DNA from: a virus
Taxonomy: Duplodnaviria; Caudoviricetes
Length of the DNA stretch: 64,000 bases
IMG/VR virus record: IMGVR_UViG_2700988815_000001
Span: 1-64,000 of that record
Strand: one strand, 5' to 3'
Shown: one piece after another, positions 17,844 to 26,136 of the stretch
How positions within the stretch are numbered: position 1 is the first letter of the stretch
How the letters are laid out: every line of letters starts with the position of its first letter
Notes under the pieces: generated by a model
What the model saw: only the letters and a program-made list of their open reading frames with translations
What the model was told of the DNA's origin: nothing
Database searches by the model: none
Position numbers and translations under genes: made by a program

Positions 17844-18310
17844 TCTTCCTCCTTGTAAAACAGTAGTTCTTCTTTCCAGTGTCCAGCAACCAAGATTGCC
17901 AGTTGTTCTGGATACTTCTTCATGCCTTTTTCCCTGTTGTTCAGGAAGCTCTGTTGAAGATTGAACATAGTATCGCAGATTTTCACCTCACGTGCAAGGG
18001 CTGATTTGCAGCATTCCAACATGTAATCGTTGTAATCTTGCCCATCTTGTTTGCTCAAAGTCTTCACACCCAGTGCGATGCACAGGCCAAACTCACGCTC
18101 AATCATTTGCACAGTTACGTCTGTGTCCTCTACAACGTCATGCAGCCACGCAATAGCCACAAGAGTCTGTAGCATTGGGTTGTCCTTGTTACGCTCAACC
18201 ACGTTAACGACAACACCCTCAAGGTGGAATGAGTAATCACGCTCACCATACTTTTGACCTTTGTGTGCTTCGATTGCGAATGCTTTTGCTCGTTGTGCCA
18301 GTGTCAACAT
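17840..18310 (-). CDS. RelA/SpoT-type HD hydrolase (small alarmone hydrolase-like)
   Basis: AH.GQ, H, WLHDVVEDT and VKICD..NL motifs. Confidence 0.85.
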   Translation of the reverse strand: MLTLAQRAKAFAIEAHKGQKYGERDYSFHLEGVVVNVVERNKDNPMLQTLVAIAWLHDVVEDTDVTVQMIEREFGLCIALGVKTLSKQDGQDYNDYMLECCKSALAREVKICDTMFNLQQSFLNNREKGMKKYPEQLAILVAGHWKEELLFYKEEE

Positions 18311-18334
18311 ACGTCTCTCCTTTTATTGAGGCGA

Positions 18335-18359
18335 AAAGAAGCCCTCCTTGTGGGAGGGC
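18335..18359 (-). terminator. Intrinsic terminator
   Basis: GCCCTCC-cacaa-GGAGGGC-TTCTTTT. Confidence 0.8.
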
Positions 18360-18367
18360 ATTCAATC

Positions 18368-18847
18368 TTAGGCTGTCAGACCGAAGAGCGGGATGTACGC
18401 TCGGCTGACCGGCTTGACCATGTGATCAGTCACTTTGATGTGATGTGGAGTAGTGCGAGCCTTTTGCAGCTTCACTTTCTCTACCAGCTTACGAGCGAAC
18501 AGGATGTTCAGAGCGTAGGCACTGATTGCAATGTCCAGACCCGGCAGGTCGATACGATACCAACCCTCTTTCACCTTCACCCACTGTTTACGTGGTGCGT
18601 TGTGAATCTTGACAGCGTTTTCCAGACCGATGTTACGGTTGGCTTTCAGAGCTGGATTGTCAGTGACAAATCCACCAGTTGGCTTACGCTTATCGCCTTC
18701 GGCGCCAGCACGATCCAGACGGTAGCCAAGCGAATCCATTACGTATAGCAGGCTGTCGAGTTGGATGCTGCCAGTGTCCAGCATCTGGAAACCTTCGGGT
18801 TGTACCACGCCAGCCATCATTTGAGCCATTTGATCTTGTTCAGTCAT
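18368..18847 (-). CDS. Hypothetical protein
   Basis: AAGGAG RBS; codon bias. Confidence 0.8.
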   Translation of the reverse strand: MTEQDQMAQMMAGVVQPEGFQMLDTGSIQLDSLLYVMDSLGYRLDRAGAEGDKRKPTGGFVTDNPALKANRNIGLENAVKIHNAPRKQWVKVKEGWYRIDLPGLDIAISAYALNILFARKLVEKVKLQKARTTPHHIKVTDHMVKPVSRAYIPLFGLTA

Positions 18848-18857
18848 ATCTTTCTCC

Positions 18858-20021
18858 TTATTCATAGTCACGAATTACTACACCAGTTGGGAACTGAGGC
18901 AGTTTAGTCTTCTTGTAGCGAGACTGGTATCTTACCGTAATCATCTTACCGATGTAAAGGTGTTTGTTTGCCAGATACTCTGCTCGTTGAACCATTGAAC
19001 CCAGTGTAACAGTAAACGTCCTGTCGTTCAAGTTGTTTCGAACGAGGAAGCGAGAACCTTCATCACTGTCTGGTAGAACGTCGAGAATCTCAAACTCGGC
19101 ATCCACAAACTCTTTGTACTTCTGCAAGTCGCTGGAGCGTTTACCGCTCTCATACAGACCCTTGAAGTTACGCAACATCAAGCCTTCGTAGCCACGGTTG
19201 ACAGCATCGTCGTGCTTCACCTTCATATCAGCTTCATCAGCAACCCAAACGTATTGGGTAATCTGAATGCAAGGCGATACTACAGGAATACCACACAACT
19301 CTTCAAGGTCGCTCACACGGTCGTAGAACGTCTTGTCCGAGTATACGTCAAAGATGTGGAACTCAAGCTTAGGACGAATCTCATGGATCAGTCGAGCTTC
19401 AACCAGTTCAGCCTCAAGCAGAGCTTTCTTCTCTGCATCTTTGGCCTTGCCAATCTTACGCAGGATTTCTTCAATCTTGCCTTGAGTATCAGTGCGACCA
19501 ACAGCAGACGTAATGTCTTGCAGCACTTCACCATGCAGGTAGATTTCACCATCCCAGATATCGCCATCACGCATGTGGATCGACAGAGCAGCATGGATGT
19601 GCGGAATGTCGTAAGCCTGTGAGGTACGGGACTCAATCGTCACAACACCATCACGCTTCTTCGCCAGAGCACGAACACCGTCATACTTGTCAGAGCCGAA
19701 GCAAGGGAACACAACGCTCTTGCCACGTTTACGATAATCTGCTGCAAGCATAGCAAGAATGTCGAGTGATTGCAAGTCGATTTGGTTCTCTCGATAGTTC
19801 TTGTCTTCCTGCTTCTTGATGCGAGCACGTGCCTCAAGATCAGCCTGTTCACCAACTGTCCGGCCTTGCTTGCCTTCTGTGATGATTTCATTCTTGACGG
19901 TCATCTTACCGCCGAGCTTGCCGTGGCTGATAGTGATTTCACCTGCGGTCGATGTGGTGATAGTCCACACCTTCATTTCGCCTTTCTTGTCAAGGCCGTA
20001 AAGTGTCTTAATCAATGTCAA
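18858..20021 (-). CDS. ATP-dependent DNA ligase with N-terminal WGR-like domain
   Basis: KYDGVR, WDGEIY, FHIFD, YEGLMLR, KYK and PQFPT motifs. Confidence 0.93.
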   Translation of the reverse strand: MTLIKTLYGLDKKGEMKVWTITTSTAGEITISHGKLGGKMTVKNEIITEGKQGRTVGEQADLEARARIKKQEDKNYRENQIDLQSLDILAMLAADYRKRGKSVVFPCFGSDKYDGVRALAKKRDGVVTIESRTSQAYDIPHIHAALSIHMRDGDIWDGEIYLHGEVLQDITSAVGRTDTQGKIEEILRKIGKAKDAEKKALLEAELVEARLIHEIRPKLEFHIFDVYSDKTFYDRVSDLEELCGIPVVSPCIQITQYVWVADEADMKVKHDDAVNRGYEGLMLRNFKGLYESGKRSSDLQKYKEFVDAEFEILDVLPDSDEGSRFLVRNNLNDRTFTVTLGSMVQRAEYLANKHLYIGKMITVRYQSRYKKTKLPQFPTGVVIRDYE

Positions 20022-20247
20022 GTTCCTCTTGAAGTTGCAGGATACGCAGCAGAAGTGCGTTCTTAAAGTCGCCGCTACTGAAGTCGCTAGAGGTAGATCG
20101 TACCTCAACTCGGTAGACGTATGCAAGCTCTTCGTTCATATCAGTCTCAACCTGATGCACAAATCCAGAAGGACTTTCTACACCTTCATACAAATCAAGG
20201 TAATGATCCCCTGATTCAGTTGTCATTGCCACAGCCACAACACTCAT
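20008..20247 (-). CDS. Hypothetical protein
   Basis: TESGDHY motif; coupled. Confidence 0.75.
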   Translation of the reverse strand: MSVVAVAMTTESGDHYLDLYEGVESPSGFVHQVETDMNEELAYVYRVEVRSTSSDFSSGDFKNALLLRILQLQEELDID

Positions 20248-20609
20248 ACTTTCTCTCCTTTCCAATGCCAAGGGCAGTCGCTTACCCGGTAACGATCAGC
20301 AGTATGCCCGAAAAGTTCCATGTTGTCAAACAATGGACAGGTACAGCCTTTGATTTCCAACTGATAACGATGGAACCTTGGATCTTGAGGGAATTTCCAC
20401 AAGTGTTGTAGATCATACTCCAACTCTCGGACAACATCCTCTACACTGCCAAAAACCTCTGGATGTTCCAGAGCATAGTGCAACTGATCGTACACTTTGT
20501 CAAGGGCTTCGCGCTCTACGTCACTCAAACCCTGCTTGTCAGCTAGTGCTTCATTGTAGTGCATTAGTAGCCCTCCATATTCACTTTGAAATACTCGTTC
20601 TTCATCCAA
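20244..20609 (-). CDS. Hypothetical protein (possible Zn-binding)
   Basis: CTCP..DN...CPWH. Confidence 0.75.
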   Translation of the reverse strand: MDEERVFQSEYGGLLMHYNEALADKQGLSDVEREALDKVYDQLHYALEHPEVFGSVEDVVRELEYDLQHLWKFPQDPRFHRYQLEIKGCTCPLFDNMELFGHTADRYRVSDCPWHWKGEKV

Positions 20610-20797
20610 GCCTTGGTATACAACTGATAACCCATATTGCGTGCAATTTCGATAATCAAATTACCCTGCTTGCGACGTTCGCTAGGATTGGCACAGTTAC
20701 TGCAAGACTCACGCATTGTGCAGAGGCAGTAGCCACCTTGGGTGGACTCCCAAATCTTCTGCATAGCGTTGTCAGGCTCATATTCATTCTGGAACAT
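20564..20797 (-). CDS. Hypothetical Cys-rich protein
   Basis: CLC...CSNC. Confidence 0.6.
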   Translation of the reverse strand: MFQNEYEPDNAMQKIWESTQGGYCLCTMRESCSNCANPSERRKQGNLIIEIARNMGYQLYTKAWMKNEYFKVNMEGY

Positions 20798-21188
20798 AGT
20801 GTTGCACCTCCACGTTGTACTTACGCAAATAGTCAATGCCAGTTGTCAAACGGTACTCATCCCGATACACGACACGCTTCACTCCGGCACGTACCAAGAG
20901 TTTGGAGCATTCAAGGCACGGAGATAGGGTAACGTACATGGTAGCACCATACGTGGAGAGCCCTTGCTCCAGACATTTCCCCAAACTATTAAGTTCGGCA
21001 TGTACAACCTCGGGATTCCCGTCAGGTGAGAATTCCCATTGATTAGGGCCACCACTCGCCATCCCGTTGAAGCCACCCGACACGACTCCGCTTGCCAGTA
21101 CGAGAGCACAGCCCACATGCGTGCGGGGGCATTGAGATTCATTAGCGTAGGCTTCGGCTGTCGCCATGTGCATTTTGTCATACTTCAT
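20784..21188 (-). CDS. dCMP deaminase
   Basis: HAELN and SPCLEC motifs. Confidence 0.93.
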   Translation of the reverse strand: MKYDKMHMATAEAYANESQCPRTHVGCALVLASGVVSGGFNGMASGGPNQWEFSPDGNPEVVHAELNSLGKCLEQGLSTYGATMYVTLSPCLECSKLLVRAGVKRVVYRDEYRLTTGIDYLRKYNVEVQHYVPE

Positions 21189-21379
21189 CTTACCTCCTTA
21201 TGTCTATACCTCGCAACATATTCATAGATGCTCACCTCTCTCAAGGTTTGCCTCCAACTGATGGGGTCACTGTGGATGATCAAGACGGAGTAGATATCCC
21301 CGTCCCAACCGCCCATCTTCTCTCTGGGCTTCTCCTTATACGCACACCACGTGCCACAAGGATGTTTTGCAATCCACAT
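21185..21379 (-). CDS. Hypothetical protein
   Basis: Coupled ORF. Confidence 0.7.
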   Translation of the reverse strand: MWIAKHPCGTWCAYKEKPREKMGGWDGDIYSVLIIHSDPISWRQTLREVSIYEYVARYRHKEVR

Positions 21380-21585
21380 TACGGGAACAGCACAATAACT
21401 TCTTGTGCATCCTCACCAGCTTCCTCACGGCAGTCAACAGTGGAGCCATCCTCGTAGAAGGTACGTTCAGCACCACGGCAGATATCGTAGTCATTGCCTT
21501 CTGGGTCAGACTGCAAGATCACAGTAATGTCGCCGTGCTTCTGTTGCAGTTTGGTCAGATCGTAAATCAGTTGAGCCAATTTCAT
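21379..21585 (-). CDS. Hypothetical protein
   Basis: DPEGN motif; coupled. Confidence 0.75.
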   Translation of the reverse strand: MKLAQLIYDLTKLQQKHGDITVILQSDPEGNDYDICRGAERTFYEDGSTVDCREEAGEDAQEVIVLFP

Positions 21586-21926
21586 CGTTTTTGTCCTCTG
21601 CGAGTTGCTGTTCCGAAGGCAGGCTTGCTGTCTTCTCCGAGTGGTTTGCCCTTCTGCAAGCGGCTTGTATTCACTGAGTATCGTCCTTTTCCGTATTCCT
21701 TGTCAACCCATTCTTGTGCGACAGCTCGTTTTGCTGTGTGGATGAAAACGTAGTCGCCCATTGCATCTTTGATGAAGAACGTCGCTGGAGGGATGAACTC
21801 CCACTTGGCGAAATCCGTATACGATACAAGGGTAATCTTCTGTTTGTCAACGGTGTAGACAACATAAATGCTCTCCTTAGCCTGCATTTTCTCCAACACT
21901 TGTTCCATTAGGCTAATCTTGCTCAC
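21582..21926 (-). CDS. Hypothetical protein
   Basis: AGGAGG RBS. Confidence 0.75.
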   Translation of the reverse strand: MSKISLMEQVLEKMQAKESIYVVYTVDKQKITLVSYTDFAKWEFIPPATFFIKDAMGDYVFIHTAKRAVAQEWVDKEYGKGRYSVNTSRLQKGKPLGEDSKPAFGTATRRGQKR

Positions 21927-21994
21927 TACTACCTCCTTTCGACAGACATAAAAATGGCCGGCTGCTGTTGGGCAACCGGCTCATGGGGTGTATC

Positions 21995-22606
21995 TTACTC
22001 GTCGAACGGTGGACTGTCAACCACTTGTTCATCATGAGCGATAGCTTCACGCATTGCATCACGGTACTGAGCATAGGCTGTCAGACGCTCAGCCAGCTCT
22101 TCACCTTCAAAGTACATCTCACGCCCGTCAATTACACGCTCAATCTCTTCCTCAGTCAAGAACCCTGCGTAGGTGAGACGCACGTAGCGTTCGATCATCT
22201 TCGTGTTGTGACGCACGTTAGCTTCAACGTGTGGTGCCATGCCAACATAGCCATAGCTTCCTGTGTGTACCATGAAAGAGGACATGTCGTCAATCTCCCA
22301 CTCTTCACAGGCCAGAGCAATCGCTGTGCCAGCCGATGCACAGGTAGGCCCGATATAGGCAACTACGTGAGCAGCAGTACGCTGAATAGCGCGACATAGC
22401 ATATGAGCTGTATCCATACTCCCACCCGGTGTAACAATATCAACTTTGATAACATCACGTTCTCCCGCAGCAGCAAACAACTGGAACTCATCTTCGAAGT
22501 CATCAACTTCTGTAATAGGGCGAGCCAGTCTCAGGTGGTATTCATTCGCAACATGTTGTGTCATCAGGATGCGATTCGGTTTATTCATGATCATTTCCTC
22601 ACTCAT
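21995..22606 (-). CDS. ClpP-like serine protease
   Basis: TPGG, CASAGT and FMVH catalytic motifs. Confidence 0.88.
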   Translation of the reverse strand: MSEEMIMNKPNRILMTQHVANEYHLRLARPITEVDDFEDEFQLFAAAGERDVIKVDIVTPGGSMDTAHMLCRAIQRTAAHVVAYIGPTCASAGTAIALACEEWEIDDMSSFMVHTGSYGYVGMAPHVEANVRHNTKMIERYVRLTYAGFLTEEEIERVIDGREMYFEGEELAERLTAYAQYRDAMREAIAHDEQVVDSPPFDE

Positions 22607-23360
22607 ACTTGACTCCTTCTCGTTCGTCTTTCTCGAAAGCGATGATCCAGTCTTTACAGGCTTGACTACGCTCAATGTCGTTTACATGGTTGAAGTCGAT
22701 AAAGCCAATGTTCAAGTGAGTGTGCTTAGCTGCCATACGAGTCAGCATCTTCAATCCACTGTGAGACTTCAAAGCACTTTGGCTTACGTCACCAGAGATA
22801 ACCATTCGGCAGTCTTTACCTTGACGGGTAACGATGTTCTTGGCTTCCTCTTGGTTAATGTCCTCGCCTTCGTCCACAATGAAGAAGCAACGCTCAGCAG
22901 AGAAGCCTTTCAAAACTTCCAGAGGTACATATTGGATATTGCCATTCTCGATGGCTGTTTCCAATCCGCCCGGTGTCAGACGATCCTTCAAGATGTTGAT
23001 AACAGGCATCAGCCACATTTCCATCTTTTCCAACGCACTACCCTTAAACATACCAAGAGATTTACTGTTGGAAATATTAGGACGCACAAACACAATCTTG
23101 TCGATTTCACCTTTAAGGTAAGCATCGCAAGCCATGACTGTGGGGATGTAGGTTTTGGATGTTCCTGCGTAGCCTGTGGCAATCGTCAGGGGGTTTTCCA
23201 TGATGGACTGGATGTACGCACGTTGTTTCTCATTGCGAGGCACCAGCGGCTTTGTGTTGGCTGCACGTTGTTCAACAAACTTTGGATTGACTTCGCGGCC
23301 CTTTTGTTCTTTTTCTTCCCAGCGTTTACCAATAACTTTGGATTGGTTTCTCTTAGCCAT
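22599..23360 (-). CDS. phoH: PhoH-family ATPase
   Basis: NEKQ, GYAGTSKT, RP, IVDE and SGDVSQ motifs. Confidence 0.92.
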   Translation of the reverse strand: MAKRNQSKVIGKRWEEKEQKGREVNPKFVEQRAANTKPLVPRNEKQRAYIQSIMENPLTIATGYAGTSKTYIPTVMACDAYLKGEIDKIVFVRPNISNSKSLGMFKGSALEKMEMWLMPVINILKDRLTPGGLETAIENGNIQYVPLEVLKGFSAERCFFIVDEGEDINQEEAKNIVTRQGKDCRMVISGDVSQSALKSHSGLKMLTRMAAKHTHLNIGFIDFNHVNDIERSQACKDWIIAFEKDEREGVKYE

Positions 23361-23373
23361 TATGCACCTCCAT

Positions 23374-23395
23374 GAAAGAGGGCGCCGAAGCGCCC
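23374..23395 (-). terminator. Intrinsic terminator
   Basis: GGGCGC-ttcg-GCGCCC-TCTTT. Confidence 0.75.
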
Positions 23396-23401
23396 AACAT
23401 A

Positions 23402-23746
23402 TTACTCGTCTTTGTCAGCCTCTGGGATCATAGCCATCAGAATACGGATACGTTCGTCGTTGACTGCATCAGACACTTGGTGAGAAGCAACAATCACGTT
23501 GTTGAACTCGTCACTCTTCATGATCTTATCGACACGTTTGATTGTGGCGAAGTCAACACGCTCAAGGAAGGCCGATCCTACGATTTCTGTGTAGGTATTC
23601 AGGTCAACCATGTTCAACAGTTCCTCGGCCAGCTCAGAGGTCATCTGGATGCCTTGTGCATGGAGGATTGGGAACAGTGCGTTGCTCAGATCGTTCTTTG
23701 CGAAGTCATAGAAGAACTCGCGTTGTGCTTTGGTAAGTTTTGCCAT
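23402..23746 (-). CDS. Hypothetical protein
   Basis: TAATG coupling. Confidence 0.8.
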   Translation of the reverse strand: MAKLTKAQREFFYDFAKNDLSNALFPILHAQGIQMTSELAEELLNMVDLNTYTEIVGSAFLERVDFATIKRVDKIMKSDEFNNVIVASHQVSDAVNDERIRILMAMIPEADKDE

Positions 23747-24186
23747 TATTCATTTCCCTCCAGTTCATCTTTAGTCGGTTCAGCTTTCAAAGCTTTCTTT
23801 GCAGGAGCTTTCTTTGCTGGTTTTTCTTCTTGCTTGGCTTCCACTACATCTTCCTGTTTAGGAGCCATCTGGATGCTCTTCAAACCCTTCTCATCGAAGA
23901 AGTGGTTGCCACCCTCTACGAAGGTATAGCCAGCATGCACAAAGGTCTGTACAAGCAGCATGAAGGCCATTGCATCGTAATGCTCAACCTGACCTGTGTG
24001 GTCTTTGGCGATGACTACACCGCTTGGCTTGTCAGTCTTGAATAGGCGGATGGTGTTTCCGTATGCACTGAACTGAGGATAGCCGGGGATCGTGTTGGTC
24101 ACTTGGTAGCCTTCTGCGATTTTCTCACAAACTTCCTTGACGAACAGGATAGGGCTATGGCTTACTACATCAATAAAATCGGTCAT
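23746..24186 (-). CDS. Hypothetical protein with Lys/Ala-rich tail
   Basis: AAGGAG RBS before ATG 24186. Confidence 0.8.
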   Translation of the reverse strand: MTDFIDVVSHSPILFVKEVCEKIAEGYQVTNTIPGYPQFSAYGNTIRLFKTDKPSGVVIAKDHTGQVEHYDAMAFMLLVQTFVHAGYTFVEGGNHFFDEKGLKSIQMAPKQEDVVEAKQEEKPAKKAPAKKALKAEPTKDELEGNE

Positions 24187-24217
24187 AGGGTTCTCCTTGT
24201 TGATTTGATAATTCTCG

Positions 24218-24278
24218 ATAGTACCACACTTTTCCCAGTTGTCAAGACCTTGACGTGGGAGCAAACGTCTGGTAGTAT
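24218..24278. promoter_or_regulatory. Back-to-back divergent sigma70-like promoters
   Basis: Minus TTGACA-16-TACTAT; plus TTGACG-17-TAGTAT; joined by the GTCAAGACCTTGAC palindrome. Confidence 0.7.
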
Positions 24279-24290
24279 GGAAAAACTGAT

Positions 24291-24600
24291 GGAGAGATAT
24301 GTCTGCGAAAGCATCACTCACCGGCCATCAGGGAACACGACTATGAAGAGTTGCTACTTGGTCAAGCTGAAGTCTAATCTGTTTATAGCGTAGCGGTTAC
24401 GCCTTCGGGTGGAATGAACAGAGCCTGAGCGAAAGCTCTCCTGCCCATGCAGGCCAATCACGATCTCAAGCGTCATGAGAATGTGGAGAAGGTAGACTCA
24501 AGGTTACGTCTTAGGCAGATTCTTTCTGTATGGCGTTTCCTTGGGTTAAGTCTACCTTCCAATACGAAACTCAGCGTCATGAGCAGATCAAGAACAATAA
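24291..24600 (+). ncRNA. Candidate structured ncRNA, copy A (paralog of 59860-60130)
   Basis: Conserved blocks and compensatory stem changes relative to copy B. Confidence 0.7.
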
Positions 24601-24682
24601 CCAACACATACAACCACCTAAAACATTGATATATAAGGAGATTGTATGAAATAACCCCAAATAATATAAGGAATCCTTACCC

Positions 24683-24877
24683 ATGAGATGCAAGTGCTGC
24701 GATGTACCGCTGATCAATAATGATAGTCCCGCGTGGAATAAGCTCGCACAGAAAGAGGAAGACCTCTGTAGTGTGTGCAGAAATCTTGTATACAATTCAT
24801 ACACAGAACGAGAGTATTGCTGCGGACGGTATCCAGTTGACGGTGTTACTGGCCCTGTACCAATCAAAGAAAATTAA
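24683..24877 (+). CDS. Small Zn-finger-like protein
   Basis: CKCC...CSVC; AAGGA RBS. Confidence 0.65.
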   Translation: MRCKCCDVPLINNDSPAWNKLAQKEEDLCSVCRNLVYNSYTEREYCCGRYPVDGVTGPVPIKEN

Positions 24878-24891
24878 TTTCAATTGAGGGG

Positions 24892-24919
24892 TTGACAGAT
24901 CGTGCAATCGTGCTATACT
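24892..24919 (+). promoter_or_regulatory. Sigma70-like promoter
   Basis: TTGACA-16-TATACT with extended TG. Confidence 0.7.
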
Positions 24920-25032
24920 TACCACACTTAGACAGAGAACTGTCTTATAAGTTATGTGAGTGGAGCATTCCTGTTTCCTCCTCCTTTCGGGTTGTAAGCC
25001 TACCACTCACCCTATTTAGAATGGAGAATGCA

Positions 25033-25353
25033 ATGGAACAGAAAAACAAAGGTGGTCGTCCTACGAAAGCTGAAATGGCTGCACGTGGTATTACCAAGAC
25101 AGAACTAGAAGTGGCATTGAAGATTCTTAAAAAGATTTTCGGAAATGCTATTGACGTGATGGTGGAAATCAGCGATGATCCTTCTCTCACAATTAAAGAG
25201 AGATTCAGAATGAAACAAGAGCTTGTGAACATGTACCACGCTCTGTACAAATCTGATATCGCTATTAAAGCACAACTGGCTAAAGGAACTGATGAGGCTC
25301 CTGATGAAGCAGAAGATAAGCCTCTGGCTCCAGTCTTCAACTTCGCCAAGTAA
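25033..25353 (+). CDS. Putative terminase small subunit
   Basis: N-terminal GGRPTK, helical core, C-terminal beta-like PVFNF. Confidence 0.45.
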   Translation: MEQKNKGGRPTKAEMAARGITKTELEVALKILKKIFGNAIDVMVEISDDPSLTIKERFRMKQELVNMYHALYKSDIAIKAQLAKGTDEAPDEAEDKPLAPVFNFAK

Positions 25354-25357
25354 CAAT

Positions 25358-25434
25358 TGGACGTTGGCCGACCGGCGCGAGGCAACAGGCTTTTAACCTG
25401 TATTAACTGAGTTCGATTCTCAGGCGTTCAACCA
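25358..25434 (+). tRNA. tRNA-Lys(TTT)
   Basis: Cloverleaf; ACAGG-ctTTTaa-CCTGT; CCA. Confidence 0.9.
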
Positions 25435-25438
25435 ATAT

Positions 25439-25527
25439 AGAGAGTTACGCAGCTAGGTGGCTGCACTTGTTTGCTAAACAAAGTGATCGAGAAATCGGTT
25501 GGGGATCAAGACCTCAGCTCTCTGCCA
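25439..25527 (+). tRNA. tRNA-Ser(GCT)
   Basis: ttGCTaa loop; long variable arm; GCCA. Confidence 0.8.
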
Positions 25528-25641
25528 GAATGATCGTGTCGCTCACGATATGACAAACGACTACATCGTGAGGGTTCTGCGATGTTCTTGAGCCAGATGG
25601 CAATCGGGGTAAGAGTCCCCACAGGCAACCTCTAAATTTAT

Positions 25642-25731
25642 GGCGGGTAGTGATCATGGCGATCAAGCTGTTTAGAAAGCAGTACCATTGGCTAGTACCC
25701 GGTGAGAGTTCGATTCCCTTACCCGCCTCCA
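25642..25731 (+). tRNA. tRNA-Ser(AGA), atypical
   Basis: GCTGT-ttAGAaa-GCAGT; long variable region; TCCA. Confidence 0.65.
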
Positions 25732-25737
25732 ACACAA

Positions 25738-25814
25738 CGGCAGTTGAAGCAACTGGTAATCTTCGTCAGCTCAAACCTGATGTATTCTGAGTTCGAATCT
25801 CAGACTGCCGACCA
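25738..25814 (+). tRNA. tRNA-Leu(CAA), short variable loop
   Basis: GTCAG-ctCAAac-CTGAT; ACCA. Confidence 0.8.
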
Positions 25815-25820
25815 AGCAAA

Positions 25821-25894
25821 GCTTCTTTAGTTTAATGGTAGAACGCCATCCTTACACGGTGGCTGCGGTGGTTCGATTCCATCAAGAAGCACCA
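25821..25894 (+). tRNA. tRNA-Val(TAC)
   Basis: ctTACac loop; ACCA. Confidence 0.92.
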
Positions 25895-26040
25895 AACATC
25901 ATAAAGTAATCGCGTTAGGGTTCGATTCCCTCCCAAGCCTCGGTGGACACCTGAAAGGGTGTGGTTCACAAAACGGATGAAACGTGACTAGAGAGTTGAC
26001 AAAGGATGGCCATCTGGAGTAGACTCTCGGTACTAACAAT

Positions 26041-26117
26041 TGGGGATTAGAATAGATGGCCTAATTCATCGGTCTTTGACACCGACAGCACTGGTTCGAA
26101 TCCAGTATCCCCTGCCA
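26041..26117 (+). tRNA. tRNA-Gln(TTG)
   Basis: TCGGT-ctTTGac-ACCGA; GCCA. Confidence 0.92.
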
Positions 26118-26136
26118 AACACAATAGGAGTATCAA

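Noticed and set aside
22446-23375. 309-aa plus-strand ORF
   Set aside because: Antisense shadow of phoH
24291-24345. Group I intron core (ACGACTA and GAGATATGTC resemble the R and S elements)
   Set aside because: The order is reversed, GACTA is not conserved in copy B, and no gene is interrupted
24187-24629. ORF-track frames over ncRNA copy A, including the 5' extension of 23746..24321
   Set aside because: The RBS supports ATG 24186; the region holds promoters, and its similarity to copy B includes frame-breaking indels
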